NCBI GenBank assembly: GCA_964016885.1
Contig: OZ024741.1
Location: 177,134,001 to 177,198,000 of the forward strand
Direction of reading: 5' to 3'
DNA length: 64,000 nucleotides
DNA from: Eledone cirrhosa
Lineage: Eukaryota
Positions 11,661-27,984 of the stretch are shown here, piece by piece (the first letter of the stretch is position 1; every line of letters starts with the position of its first letter). Position numbers and translations under genes: made by a program. The notes under the pieces were generated by a model. It had not been told where the DNA came from and ran no database searches. It worked only from the letters and a program-made list of their open reading frames with translations.

Positions 11661-14049
11661 CAATCTCAATATTTAGCACCAATGAAGTCGTATTCAGCTC
11701 TGGCTTCTGTATTGGGGGACACTAATTTAAATTAGGGCCTTAAAACATATAACCTTTAGAATTCTTCCCAATATATACGATCAACATTTGTATTAATCCT
11801 GGGATTAAAGAAGCTGTTCTTCTAAAATTGTAAAATATGCCGAATTGTTTTTGTAAGTGTTTTATTATGAATGTGTGTAATCGCCGATGTATGCTTTGGT
11901 TGTTATCATACTATGGTCGTCAATTGGAATGAAATAGGTCTTGAGAGTCTGCATCATGCTTTCCCGAAGGACTTTCGCTACCAGGACATAGAATATGTCA
12001 TAGTTTTAAGAATACAGCGCTGCCCCAGCACTGATCTGGTGATATCTTGAACGACCCCGATTGGATAAAGTGGGCCACGTTGGAATTTGACCGTACACCA
12101 CATAGAGCTGTAACATGCACTAACAAATATCCCATGCCAAATTGACCAGTCTAGTTATTTTGTGTTAATAATAACATGAAAACTTATCTTAGTCAATGGC
12201 CAATGATATTCGTAACTAAAATCCCAATGACCGCCACTACCTAACAATCTACAAGCATTTTTAATTACTGGACTTAATTACAAAATTTGAGGTCGTTAAT
12301 TATGAAATTATTAAAGCAACTAGCGGTTTGTCAAAACTCCAGTGTTTAATATTTTCTGCAGAGGCTATTTATTATTAGAATCAATTATTCAGTCAATGAG
12401 CAGATTGTTAAATCAGTAAACCGAATGATTAAAATTTTACTGGTCAGTGCCTCATTCACATATTTTATTCTACTGGTTTTCTGTAAAAAGTATTATTATT
12501 TAGACATTTAGATTGACGAGGGAGAGTACTATCTATAATATGTGCAGGCTCTCTTAGACGGTAGATGTCTATGGAGATAATTTTAGAACCAATTTGGATT
12601 GATATCAATTCCAGTTGGTTGCACTTTGAAGCGGGTGGATTGGGAAAGTAGTTAGGGTAATGTGTGTGTGTGTCAAGGGAACGAAGGGGGAGAGACAAGA
12701 CGAGTAGAATTAGGTCTATCGGGTCAGCATGGAAAATGGTGATGGTAGGAAAGTGTTCATAAAGCGGGACGAAACATTGTGCTACACAGGACAAAATATA
12801 GAAAAAAGAGGTAAAATGTTTGAGGGAAGTTGTTGAGATAATATTCGTCAATAATCTGGATAATGCTTAAAATGATTTGTTAGTAGCAACATAAGCAAAC
12901 AGTAGAATCCTATGGGCTGCAAATTAAAGTTATAGCTGCTTATCAAATATTTATGTCTTGCATATTTTCTACTGGCATTGAAGAGAAATATCTTAGGATG
13001 TTTGTTTGAAGAGGAAGACCTTAGGATCTATATTATGGATGTGTTGCTGCGACATAAAATACTCACGTGTTAGATGTATTTAATTGTGAGGTTTTCTAGG
13101 ACTTAATTTAAATAAATTGCAAAATCTAATCATTGCTATGTGTATTGATTTTACTAACAGTGTCATAGCTGCTCAGTCTCTTTTACAAGATCCATGATCA
13201 TTGATATAGAATACATCATGGTTGCATATACATATCATCGTCTGAATCATGACATTGCTAGGATGAGGTAGGGCTGTATTGTTTACAGTCATAATGATAC
13301 AAGGCCATCAGTATACAGAATATATCATATATGTTACCTAATCAGATTATAGATCACGCCTTTGCTAAAATAATTTGTGGAATAAGTCAGGGAAATGATT
13401 GGGTAGACATTAAATTTTGGAAAGACATTAACCTGTTATCAAGGTGTCAATTGTAACGTCTATATATATCTGCATTGTTTTGAGTAATATATGTAAGTAT
13501 CTATCCAGATGATAGAGGTGATACTGAAGAGAGATTTGTCATTATAAGTGATAGTATTATTTCCATGGAAATATTAACGTTAGAAGTGACAGAATTTAGT
13601 ATAGTAAAACATAGTGATTTTTTGTGTCGATGGGGCTGAGTGACATATAAACATAATTTTATATATATACAGCTCTCCACCCAAAACTAATATCGGAGTG
13701 TTTTGGTGAGGATAGCGGACATACACTGACAAGTAATTGTAGGCGACAGAAGAAATGTTTTCTACATACTTTGTTAGTTAAACATGATGTGAATTCAGAA
13801 ACATTTATATGTTAAGATTGTGGGTGCTAAATAAAGATATTAGAGACAATTATCTAATGTCAAACTCACATATTGATAATAACATAATGGGATAAATATA
13901 TCAGAGATACAAAATTAAAGTTAGATGGTATCTGTGAAGTCTTAGTACTCGAAGGTCAGATCTTAGAATTAAAGGCATAAAAATTTATTTGCATTTACTC
14001 CTAAATGTAGACAAAAAACACGCAAAAACAAAGCAATGATGAAAAGAAA

Positions 14050-14500
14050 TATGTTAAAAAACATTAATTATAACATACCAAGAGAACCACACTCCAGTAA
14101 TGAAATAGTGATGTGATAACCTCGTTTAAATTATTAATAATAAACAGGAACCACGTTTACCCAAAGTCATTGAAGCATCTATCATTTGAGAATCATATTT
14201 GCTAAATAAATATATTCTAGTTTGTCGTATATTCTGATGACATCTTGGGGTCTAGAGAGCAGGGTTTCTGAGACAAAGGATAGAAATTTACAACACGCGA
14301 CAGATTTTGACATTAAATTGAAATTTCTCGAGCCTTGTAGACAGTATGCAATCTGCACGAACAAATTAAACTTTGCACCTATGTAAGCATACATCATATT
14401 AAGAACAAAAATACCAATTCCATAGTGTTCCGAAATACTAGATCTTAAATCATCAGAAGTCGTGCCCACGTATATAAAGTTGACATTCTTAAATAATCTC
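14050..14500 (+). pseudogene. Possible highly decayed PLE RT fragment
   Basis: Ordered traces FENHI, VVYSDDIL, KLKFLE, TYIKLT. Confidence 0.3.
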
Positions 14501-15666
14501 CAAATTTTAAACTAATTTATATACAACAATCAAACACCAGACCCATTTTGCCTACTTCAATTAATATTTTACTTTCCTTTTTCTTTTTTACATTTACAGA
14601 ATGTGGTCACATCTAAAGACAACACATGTTTATCAAAAACATCATATCCGGTGACATTTCTTGCGATAAACACAAGGTAAAAATTGGAAACCTATTTCTC
14701 ATAGAAACTGATTACTGCGATTTATTGCATGTGATTTCTGTATCCCCAGTTACTTATTGATCGATGGTATAATATAGAATTACTTGCATCTATTTCCCAC
14801 CTAAGCTCTATTTCATTTCCACCACCACAAGGCTGTTTTCATAGTCCCTTATATATTACATCTGCTCCAACACGGAATGAACTGGTGGTTTTTTTGTTTT
14901 TTTTCTCCAAATAGTCGCAAGAATTAGATTAAAAGAATAAGTAAACACGTAACATATCAGTGAACAAAACCAAACTACCATTATATTTCTTTTACACAAA
15001 AAGGCTAGTCATTTTTCGCTATGTTGCTACCTTATCTAACCAACCTCAGTGCACATGGGTGCAATATTCGAAAACGTTAATTCAAAATGTATTTAAGTAT
15101 TGTAGAATCTGGAGCTGTTTGGCCTTAAATTTCTTGCATGGCAAAGACTTCACGAGTATGTACATAAAAGGAATCGTTTGCCGGTGTGCCCCCATAGTAT
15201 AGAACTCATCTTTTGATGGGATACATGTCTCGTGGAGCTCTGATATACGTAGATATAGTCTACATAGTGAGTTGATCCTGTATGCTGTACATCAACATTT
15301 GAAAGACATGTTACATGGTATATAACGATTTTCGTGATAAGGGTTGAACTGAAACGCAATCAACTATAAAATTACATAATATATCACACGATTTTTAAAC
15401 ATTCCCAGTGATAATTCAAATACATATCGATGTACACCGACACCGACACAGAGTCAAACTGCATACAATTAATAATTATACTGGTGACTGAGATAAGATC
15501 AATAGAATATTATCCGCTGTATAGATAAACTACACATAAAATACATATAGTTCAGTACTAATGTTAATTTAACCCCACTGACATATATTTTCCGAATCAT
15601 TGAACCAAACCACTCATTTCTAGGAATGGTAATGACAAATATTCAGATAAAATGATATATCCTCAC

Positions 15667-15716
<50 letters not shown>

Positions 15717-15744
15717 GTAAGTACGCATGTATGTACATACATTT

Positions 15745-16580
<836 letters not shown>

Positions 16581-16660
16581 TAAGTATGTACACGTACATA
16601 CATATATGTATACAGACGTACAGTAGTATGTATATATATATACATACATGGTCACATATA

Positions 16661-16878
16661 TATATGTACGTATGGATTCACTGAACATTTATTATAATGC
16701 TCGGTGTGTTTGTAAACAAACATCCCGTATTAAGCCGTAGTGTCTAGCAACCATCGTTGATCGTTTGTTCAACACTGACAAAGGAACGCTGTAGTAGTTT
16801 CAAGCTTATTAGCTATCGTCAGTTTACAAACACACCGAGCATTATAATAAATGTTCGGTGAATCTATACGTACATATA
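16661..16878 (-). mobile_element. Small inverted-repeat element (~56 bp arms) with internal hammerhead core at 16789-16822
   Basis: Arms 16661-16716 / 16822-16878; minus strand CTGACGA-TAGCT-AATA-AGCTT-GAAA-CTACTA. Confidence 0.6.
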
Positions 16879-16954
16879 TATAGGTGTGCATGTATGTATA
16901 TATATATAAATACTACTGTACGTCTGTATACATATATGTATGTACGTGTACATA

Positions 16955-17239
<285 letters not shown>

Positions 17240-17342
17240 GACCGAATGTTAAACAAGTTTTAAAAGTTTAACAAGTTCAAACAAGTTTAAAAAGTTGAAC
17301 CATCAGCACAGTTGAGGTATGTCATACATCAATTTATATATG

Positions 17343-17400
17343 TTATCTGATGAGGACGTACTGAAAAAACAGCACAGTTCTTCCGAAATATATATAATAA
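17343..17400 (+). ncRNA. Minimal hammerhead motif in a short (TA)n-flanked element
   Basis: TTAT-CTGATGA-GGA...TCC-GAAA-TATATATA-ATAA. Confidence 0.65.
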
Positions 17401-17448
17401 AAAATATATTTTGATTACGTGTATGTCTACATTTACTAGTATTTTGAA

Positions 17449-17483
<35 letters not shown>

Positions 17484-17539
17484 CCAATGAGAATCAAGAC
17501 TATTCCTGCTGACAACATCAAAGTTTTCCTAACAAGCTG

Positions 17540-17815
<276 letters not shown>

Positions 17816-17819
17816 AAAA

Positions 17820-18230
17820 TTTATATTTAAATTGTTGGGTTACAACTAGTAAATATTTATAACTGATATAAAAGCACTCGACAACTATTTGGAGTATATT
17901 TACAATATTAAATAAATGGAAACTATATTTATAAAACCATATTTATTTCATTATATATATTTCAGGGATATCATATTAACAATAAGCTATGCCTTCCTCA
18001 GACAAAATACAATATGAACAGTTTTATAGATAAATAGATTCGACATACCGTAACAACATCGACTTGTATACAAGTCGATGTTGTTACGGTATGTCGAATC
18101 TATTTATCTATAAAACTGTTTATATTGTATTTTGTCTGAGGAAAGCATAGCATATTGTTAATATGATATCCCTGAAATATATATAATGAAATAAATATGG
18201 TTTTATAAATATAGTTTCCATTTATTTAAT

Positions 18231-18235
<5 letters not shown>
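17820..18235 (-). mobile_element. Family F copy 3 as a loop-less fold-back (centre ~18068), hammerhead motifs 17948-18005 (-) and 18132-18189 (+)
   Basis: CATCGACTTGTA|TACAAGTCGATG centre; CTGAGGA...GAAA-TATATATA-ATGA. Confidence 0.8.
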
Positions 18236-18285
<50 letters not shown>

Positions 18286-19026
18286 AGATTTGAATGGATA
18301 CAGTTTAGTTGAAAGGAATTTATTGACACGTGTTTCTATAACAGTTACATAACCTAAAACAGCTATCTACAAACTTTTAGTTATGCAGACATTCAATATT
18401 TCAATGTTATTATTTACTGTCATTTCATCAGAATAATATTACTGAGGACCTATTTAGTTTTTATAGAGAATATTAGGAGGAAGGGGTGAAGTTGTTAGAA
18501 GAATAGTTGAAGGAGTGGTTTTTCGATAGCAGTGAGAATTCTTGGTGGCAGTGATTAATTAGATTCCCATCTGTTGTTTTGACATTTTTATAGAATATAT
18601 TATTGGTTATTTTTCTAAATCTATAGAAGGATTAGAGATAGTAAAGATATGCGTGGTTGGTTTTGTGTTTGCACTTAACATTCAGACTTAAATTTTTCTT
18701 TCAAGTGTACGTATTCTTTCACCCACGCATTCACACACAAATATATTTGCACACCTCTACAAAAATACATATACTCACAATTCACATATTCATACTTACA
18801 TATATATACACATGCATACACATATATATACACACATGTATTCATGTACATACATACGCGCTCATGTGTATACATTTTCATACTCAACTTATCTTTATAT
18901 ATACACACGTATAGACACACACATATATACATACATACTCTAGTCCATGTGTACACACATACACATACATACACATCCATATACACATACATACATACAC
19001 ACATATATATACATATATACATATAC

Positions 19027-19059
<33 letters not shown>

Positions 19060-19082
19060 CACATACATATATACACACATAT

Positions 19083-19117
<35 letters not shown>

Positions 19118-20039
19118 AGCACTTTAATACATGAATACACTTACATCTAACTATACACATCAAACATATATATATATTTACTTATTTATATACATTTTCA
19201 CATATATATACACATACTTATGGACGTTTTTAGACACATTCATTATCGCATATTTGTACCTATTCTCATCAGCATATCTTTTCATTTTTAGTATGGTAAT
19301 TTAAGGTTATTAATATATGTTGAAAAGAGATTGTTTTTATATTTTTCTAACTAGATTAAGGTTTATATAGTTGGGGGATGTCCCTCTTTTATGTAATATT
19401 CGGCTTGTAGTGGGAAAAAAGGGTTTTAGTTCTGTGACGGCAGAATAATGTTCGTTCAATTCTGTTATTCAGCAGTTTCTTCTTGTGTGTGATTATGTAA
19501 TAAATCTCAAGATTACACAATTTGCAGAAATTTTGGCTCCTGGAAAAGCTTTGGGTTTTAGCTAATTTTTCCCATTTTAGGGTAAACTTTTGATTGCTAT
19601 CCCTGAGCGTCCAAGCTTTCTCTGCTAAAGTTGTTACATTTCTTTGGCTCTGGTGTTTTATTGAGTAAGAATGCCTATACAATCGAGATTTAAACGATGT
19701 TGCCGTTGATCCCACGTAATACCACTCGTTGCCTCCGGATTTAATGGTACACTTATAAATAATATTTTTTTCCAGGCAGTTATTGCCGAGGGGGCAGTTG
19801 TCAGGATAGGTGCAGTTACAGTTGTGTACGTTGGGTTTTCTCTGGAGTAGTATTGCGGACGAACTTAGGTGTGGTTTATTTATGTTCTGTAGTGTATTGT
19901 CTACTGTTTTTTGGGGGTTCTTTGTACTTAAGTTCTTAGTGTTTTCGTTTAACCTTCTAGTATTGATCTTTTTTATGTGTTGTTCAAGGTTTAACGCTGT
20001 AGAGTATGACAGTCTTATAGTGGTAGGGTTTAGGATTTA

Positions 20040-20744
20040 GTACTCTTCTTTAAAATAATTAAAAGACATTTTCCCACATCACACAAATACCACAAAATCC
20101 TAAACCCTACCACTATAAGACTGTCATACTCTACAGCGTTAAACCTTGAACAACACATAAAAAAGATCAATACTAGAAGGTTAAACGAAAACACTAAGAA
20201 CTTAAGTACAAAGAACCCCCAAAAAACAGTAGACAATACACTACAGAACATAAATAAACCACACCTAAGTTCGTCCGCAATACTACTCCAGAGAAAACCC
20301 AACGTACACAACTGTAACTGCACCTATCCTGACAACTGCCCCCTCGGCAATAACTGCCTGGAAAAAAATATTATTTATAAGTGTACCATTAAATCCGGAG
20401 GCAACGAGTGGTATTACGTGGGATCAACGGCAACATCGTTTAAATCTCGATTGTATAGGCATTCTTACTCAATAAAACACCAGAGCCAAAGAAATGTAAC
20501 AACTTTAGCAGAGAAAGCTTGGACGCTCAGGGATAGCAATCAAAAGTTTACCCTAAAATGGGAAAAATTAGCTAAAACCCAAAGCTTTTCCAGGAGCCAA
20601 AATTTCTGCAAATTGTGTAATCTTGAGATTTATTACATAATCACACACAAGAAGAAACTGCTGAATAACAGAATTGAACGAACATTATTCTGCCGTCACA
20701 GAACTAAAACCCTTTTTTCCCACTACAAGCCGAATATTACATAA
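20040..20744 (+). pseudogene. C-terminal PLE fragment: linker + Cys-rich GIY-YIG endonuclease (mirror copy 19389-20038 on -)
   Basis: Uninterrupted frame RHFPTSHKYHKILNPTTIRLSYS...CNCTYPDNCPLGNNCLEKNIIYKC...WYYVGSTATSFKSRLYRH...CKLCNLEIYYI...LLNNRIE...CRH; RT part absent. Confidence 0.88.
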
Positions 20745-21015
20745 AAGAGGGACATCCCCCAACTATATAAACCTTAATCTAGTTAGAAAAATATAAAAAC
20801 AATCTCTTTTCAACATATATTAATAACCTTAAATTACCATACTAAAAATGAAAAGATATGCTGATGAGAATAGGTACAAATATGCGATAATGAATGTGTC
20901 TAAAAACGTCCATAAGTATGTGTATATATATGTGAAAATGTATATAAATAAGTAAATATATATATATGTTTGATGTGTATAGTTAGATGTAAGTGTATTC
21001 ATGTATTAAAGTGCT

Positions 21016-21050
<35 letters not shown>

Positions 21051-21073
21051 ATATGTGTGTATATATGTATGTG

Positions 21074-21106
<33 letters not shown>

Positions 21107-21696
21107 GTATATGTATATATGTATATATATGTGTGTATGTATGTATGTGTATATGGATGTGTATGTATGTGTATGTGTGTACACATGGACTAGAGTATGT
21201 ATGTATATATGTGTGTGTCTATACGTGTGTATATATAAAGATAAGTTGAGTATGAAAATGTATACACATGAGCGCGTATGTATGTACATGAATACATGTG
21301 TGTATATATATGTGTATGCATGTGTATATATATGTAAGTATGAATATGTGAATTGTGAGTATATGTATTTTTGTAGAGGTGTGCAAATATATTTGTGTGT
21401 GAATGCGTGGGTGAAAGAATACGTACACTTGAAAGAAAAATTTAAGTCTGAATGTTAAGTGCAAACACAAAACCAACCACGCATATCTTTACTATCTCTA
21501 ATCCTTCTATAGATTTAGAAAAATAACCAATAATATATTCTATAAAAATGTCAAAACAACAGATGGGAATCTAATTAATCACTGCCACCAAGAATTCTCA
21601 CTGCTATCGAAAAACCACTCCTTCAACTATTCTTCTAACAACTTCACCCCTTCCTCCTAATATTCTCTATAAAAACTAAATAGGTCCTCAGTAATA

Positions 21697-21813
21697 TTAT
21701 TCTGATGAAATGACAGTAAATAATAACATTGAAATATTGAATGTCTGCATAACTAAAAGTTTGTAGATAGCTGTTTTAGGTTATGTAACTGTTATAGAAA
21801 CACGTGTCAATAA
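21697..21813 (+). ncRNA. Hammerhead motif with ~88-nt extended stem II (mirror 18320-18436 on -)
   Basis: TTATT-CTGATGA-A-ATGACAGT...ACTGTTAT-A-GAAA-CACGTG-TC-AATAA. Confidence 0.75.
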
Positions 21814-21960
21814 ATTCCTTTCAACTAAACTGTATCCATTCAAATCTTTCTATTTTTCTCCGGATTACTTTTGGAACTACAACTGGAACCGTCGAGCAAA
21901 CTCTACGTGAGCTGATAATCTACTGTGTGTAATATTTATATTACAACACAACGGAAAATA

Positions 21961-22299
<339 letters not shown>

Positions 22300-22476
22300 A
22301 ATATACACTTATATACATATATACATATATATATAAATAGATATGCATACATAAAAGGCGTACACACACGAATATACATCCACCATATATAAATATACAT
22401 GTACTTTTGTGATTTAACTCTGATTTCATGAGACCATGTAAAGATATAAAATCTCTAAATATGAAAAGAATATTGG

Positions 22477-22550
<74 letters not shown>

Positions 22551-22628
22551 CTTATATATATACACACACATATATATATGTATATATACATGTATATGTG
22601 TGTGTATAAATGCATATATATGTATGTG

Positions 22629-22703
<75 letters not shown>

Positions 22704-23567
22704 ATATACATATGCATACATGTATGAAAATGAGACAGATTAAAAAAATAGAAAGTGAAATCAAATAATTAGGGTAGGAATTTACATAGGAAAAAAATGA
22801 TTGGTTGAAAGAGATGATATGCACTAATGAAGGGGATAATTAGGAAAAGAAAGTTCATGAGAAAAACTTTAACTACCGAATGCTGATTGCAAGTGTGATT
22901 AGATGAATTGTTGAATTTAGTTCTTTTTACTCAGTTATTTTATTAGACGGTAATCATACTCTACTAACGTTTACATGGGATATATTTGATAATATTTCTT
23001 CATGTTTGGTCATGATTTTCTTTATCATTATTTGTTCAGTGTACAAGGTTCACAACATAAATAAAGATTAAACGGATACTTCGAGCACTCATACACACAT
23101 AGACACACAAACACACACGGACACAGGCTCACACACACACATACGCTCACGCACACACATACGCTCACACACACACACACACACACACGCATACATACAT
23201 ACACACACACACACATATATATATATGTGCGTTTATCCGTCTGTATGTGTATGTGTGGGTATGTGTGTGTGTATTAAATAATGAAGATAAAACAAAAGTC
23301 GAATATGGGTTTTTTATTAGTTCATTATTTTCCGATCGTTTCAGAGGTTTGATTGATGATGGTCGAAAAAAATGTGTCTGAGGAAGATGGTATGATGTAT
23401 TTAGGATATTGAGACTAGAAATGGCTGCAAACATCAATATCTATCAATCAATATATTGATCTACCATGATTAATCAAGCCTCTTAATCAATCGTAAAACC
23501 TTGAAATATTTTAGAACGTATTTCCGTCATTTGTTTTACTTAAGTTGAAACACGGTCCCAAACATCA

Positions 23568-23599
<32 letters not shown>

Positions 23600-23975
23600 A
23601 CACACACACATATGTATATATATATATATATATACGCACACACACATGGGCACACACACACACGAAACTGTTGCTCACAACATCAATATATATGTATCTA
23701 TATTATTGATCAGTTGAATAGGAGGTTGATTACATGTACAAACATTGATAATGCACCGATGCTTCCAAATAAGAGTTTGGAAGAAACGATTGTCAGCTAT
23801 TAAATGATTTGAAAACAACTTTGATAATCGTCTACTCTATTTATTTCCTGCTCTGTAAAACAACTGATGTTCTTATATTGAGCTATTTCTCTTACTGGTA
23901 ATAAGGTAGTAGGAAATTACTGACCTTCCTGATTATAGTTGTTAATACTATATACATAACTATAAATAGTATTAT

Positions 23976-24018
<43 letters not shown>

Positions 24019-24023
<5 letters not shown>

Positions 24024-24485
24024 ATACATAGGGAGGGTCATATTTGTGTAATATTGCCAGAATTAATAACAGAACACACTCACTGTTGGTTGGTTTTCGC
24101 TTTTCGCTTCTGTGTCTTTTATATAAATAAATAAATAAATAAATAAATAAATATATAAACAGACTAAATAAAGATGGCGTAGACATACAATGTAACGGGA
24201 GGAAACAATAGCACCACTGACGATGTTGCAGATGTACAACGAAAGAACTTTGATAAACCATATATATGTGTTTGTGTCTATATTGTATCTGTATTATTTT
24301 TGACCGTTGGTCAGTCAATGGCAACATTGAGGACCGAATAAATTAGATTACGATATAAAAGACACAGAAGCGAAAAGCGAAAACCAACCAAACAGTGAGT
24401 GTGTTCTGTTATTAATTCTGGCAATATTACACAAATATGACCCTCCCCAAGTATAATAATATTTGTTTCGACACACGATTTCATA
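24019..24485 (+). mobile_element. Inverted-repeat element (arms ~24019-24125 / 24353-24460) with internal hammerhead core at 24215-24252
   Basis: CA-CTGACGA-TGTTG..CAAC-GAAA-GAACTT-TG; related fragments at ~25160-25290. Confidence 0.65.
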
Positions 24486-24555
24486 TAAAAAACCTCGCAA
24501 AACTAATTCATCGCCGTTATGTAGAGGGTCGGACGCCATGCTTTCCAGCATAGTT

Positions 24556-24660
24556 ACATCCCTTTACGATCTGAGTTCAAATCCCGCCGAGGTTGACTTT
24601 GCCTTTCATCCTTACGGGGTCGATAAAATAAAGTACCAGTAATGCACTGGGTAATTGATG
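24556..24660 (+). mobile_element. SINE fragment (B-box + Nin-like domain)
   Basis: GAGTTCAAATCCCGCCGAGGTTGACTTTGCCTTTCATCCTTACGGGGTCGATAAAATAAAGTACCAG; homologous copy at 58008-58170. Confidence 0.75.
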
Positions 24661-25006
24661 GCCTTCTGCCTAAAGTAGAAACAGTTATATATATATATAT
24701 ACGTTTCCCTGTATATATGGTGGTAAAACCCGGGGTTATACGTGAAGTTGGTAGAGCACTCAGTCCAAGAGTTCGATATTGAATTAGTTCAACAACAAAT
24801 TTGCCTACCAAATTCGATAACACACGTTTCACCTGATTCCGCCTTGGCCGTTCCTCCAATCTTCTCATTCTTTCTTCTGGTGAAAGTCTAGCGTCCAAAA
24901 CCTAAGTACCCGTTTCCTGCTATTTCAAGCATTAGCCTAATGTATTCTTTACATACACCCTACCGTCTGTGTTGGTATGTATGTTAACATTTTACACACA
25001 CACACG

Positions 25007-25123
<117 letters not shown>

Positions 25124-25321
25124 TTCGTTTCTGAATTTGTTTAGCAAGATTCTTTATCTGAAATCGTGTGTTGAAACCGATATTGTTATACTATTGTAAA
25201 TTTATAAATATATAATAAATTAAATTGAAGTGAAAGCAACTGGTGCGTGTGTTTCTTATTGGCAACATGACCCTCCCAAAGTATAACAATATATATTTAT
25301 ATATAATGTTTAATATAGGAA

Positions 25322-25415
25322 TGACTTCTACAGGACTAGAACTGTTTCATTCGAAGGAAATCAACAGGCTTTCCTGATGATTTCTTTCGAATGGAACAAT
25401 GCTAGTCCTGTACAA
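25322..25415. repeat. Small imperfect hairpin with degenerate hammerhead cores in both arms
   Basis: TACAGGACTAG...TCAACAGG / CCTGATGA...CTAGTCCTGTA. Confidence 0.5.
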
Positions 25416-25997
25416 TCGCACACTCATCTAACTACACATATACACTAGAGGTTTATTATATGTATCCATCATAAGATACAATTTCATGTTACAACCTTTT
25501 CACACTTTTAAATTTTTAACCAAATATTCTTGCCTACGTGTGTCCTCTGATCTGCATAAAAAAACACTTTTTCTGTCTCAAATACATCTTTTTCTTTTGA
25601 GTAACCGACTTCTTAACATATATTTGTTTCTTCCTGTTCATTTTAGGTTTTGTCTAGAGAAAGAAGAAGCATTTTCCCACTTACGTACCAAACACAAACA
25701 TAAATAAGGCTAAATTCTAAATGTGAACACATACAGCACACACAAAGGTGGTTTTAACATTTTATATAGTTATACCACATAACACAACCTCATACATTGC
25801 TTCCCTCCTATTTTCATCAATAGCAAACCAACCGCAAATATTGGTGCCAATAGGTTGTTCTACTTCAGTTTTAATCAGAATGTAGAATTTACACTGTGGT
25901 AGTATAATTTTAACCATTCAAAACAAGAACAAAAGTGGAATGTCACTTCATACATATCATATATTTCTTCGTGTAATAATTAAAGACATTGTTTGTT

Positions 25998-27320
25998 TAT
26001 TCCTGTCCTCCAAATATCTGACCTTACATCGCCCCAAAACTACCGGGATATATCACTGATGCCCATTGCTGCCAAGATCTACAACAAGCTAATCTTCCAC
26101 CGTTTCGTTCCGTATGCTGATCCGATCCTTCGCATCAACCAAAGCAGTTTTAGGTGTGGTAGATCTGCACTTGCATATATTTTGGCCTTGAAAGAGTAGT
26201 AGAAGAGATGAGAAACTCCAACTGACAAATGGCTCTAGTTTTTGTTGACTTTAGAAAAGCTTTTGACAGCATAAATAGAGACATTGTGTTTGAAATTCTA
26301 CCCTTGTATGGCATCACAGCAAGACCAGTGGAATCAATTAAGGCTCTGTATCTCAACACAAATGCCCCTATCATCCACCCTGATGGCCTAACAAAGTTCT
26401 TTGAGATCTCAGCAGGAGTGGTGTATTGTGATACTCTTGCCCCATTCATTTTTATCATTGCACTAGACTACGCCCTGTGACTCTCAATTGACAGAAACAA
26501 TTGCAAATGTATAACCATCAAACCGTGCATGAACTCTAGTCACCCCTCTAAACATCTCAGTGACCTTGACTTTGGAATGACATTGCACTTCTTGCAGATT
26601 GCCTAGAAAATGGCAACAACTTTTGACATCTCTCCAGGAAGCAGCCGGCCCCGTTGGCCTTCATATCAACGAGGGTAAAACAGAGTACATATAAAACTGT
26701 ACAGGCAACATCATCAAAGCAATAAACGGCAATGATATCAAGCAAGTCAGGTATTTCAAGTATCTTGGGTCATTGACCATGGAATTTGTGAAGGATTTTA
26801 CCAACTGAAAGTCCCAGGCATGGTCAGCTTGCAACAAGATGGACCGTGTTTGACAATCGAATATTTCCAACCACACCAAAGTCAGACTCTTTCAAGTAAC
26901 AATTCAACAAATCTTGCTATATGGAAGTGAAACACGGAGCCTTCATCCAAACAACAAAAGCGCCTTGATGGCACCTACACTCACCTACTTCGACGCATTC
27001 AGAACATAAACTGACGACATCTGACTTTGAAAGAAATATATATGCCGGACTCCGAAGCATATTGTCGTTGTACGTAAAAGGAGAGTAAGATCGGCTGGTC
27101 ACTGCCATCATGCCACCTATCAGGTTATGTCCCCATTAGTGCTTTGGAAACAACAGCAGTAACTAATAACAGGTTGGCGCAGGCTCTTCTATCCCGATGT
27201 CATCTCCAGAGATGCTGGTGTTTAAATACAGGATTTGGCTACGGCAATGAAAGACAGACCCCACGTGGAGATCAGTTGTTGACTCGATTTCGGCTGAGAC
27301 CGCCAGATGATGATGATGAA
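25998..27320 (+). mobile_element. Decayed 5'-truncated RTE-clade LINE (RT pseudogene)
   Basis: NYRDISLMPIAAKIYNK, QSSFRCGRS, FVDFRKAFDSI, GVVYCDTLAPFIF, DLDFG.DIALL, FKYLGS; ends in (GAT)n at ~27306-27320. Confidence 0.85.
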
Positions 27321-27984
27321 TCATTAAAATAATTCTCTCTCATGGGTGTAACTGCTTTAGCTTTAACACACGGTTGTCAAATTATCTACAAGAGAAGTAT
27401 CATTCAAAATTCTGACAATATGAAGAAATTACACTTTCTAGGGGAAGTAGAAAATAGAACGGTTATCTTCCAATGTGACACATTTTCACCAATATTATTT
27501 GTCATTAATGTTACACATATATGATTGAGACTTAGGTCAAAATGAGTTCCCAATGAGTTACCAAAGCTGCTTTTTATGGATGACCGAAAAATATTTGGAA
27601 TATCCGAGAACCAGATAGATATGAATATGACCTCCAGACTAAATGTATTTTCTTTTGCTTTCTAACACAATTTCTGATTAATTAAAGAGGTAAGAGACAG
27701 TTAGTTGCCATAAAGCTCGTCATCAGATATTTTGTACTGTTAAATTTCAGCTTTAATAAACGGCTTCAATAACTTAGCTTGCTTTCAGTCAGAATCTAAA
27801 TAATAATTTCGCATAAACGGCTTAAAATAAAAAATATAATTTAGAGATAGAGTAATATTCGTATTTTGTGCTTTGGCAAATCTCTCTATAATTATATGTC
27901 TGTATTCTCCGGCATATCTACGTTTATGGATTAGGACAATGGGATTGATGAGTTAATATCTGTATACAACAACTACAATGGTAC

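Noticed and set aside
14234-14240. CTGATGA
   Set aside because: No stem II/GAAA geometry; coincides with putative SDD codons of a decayed RT.
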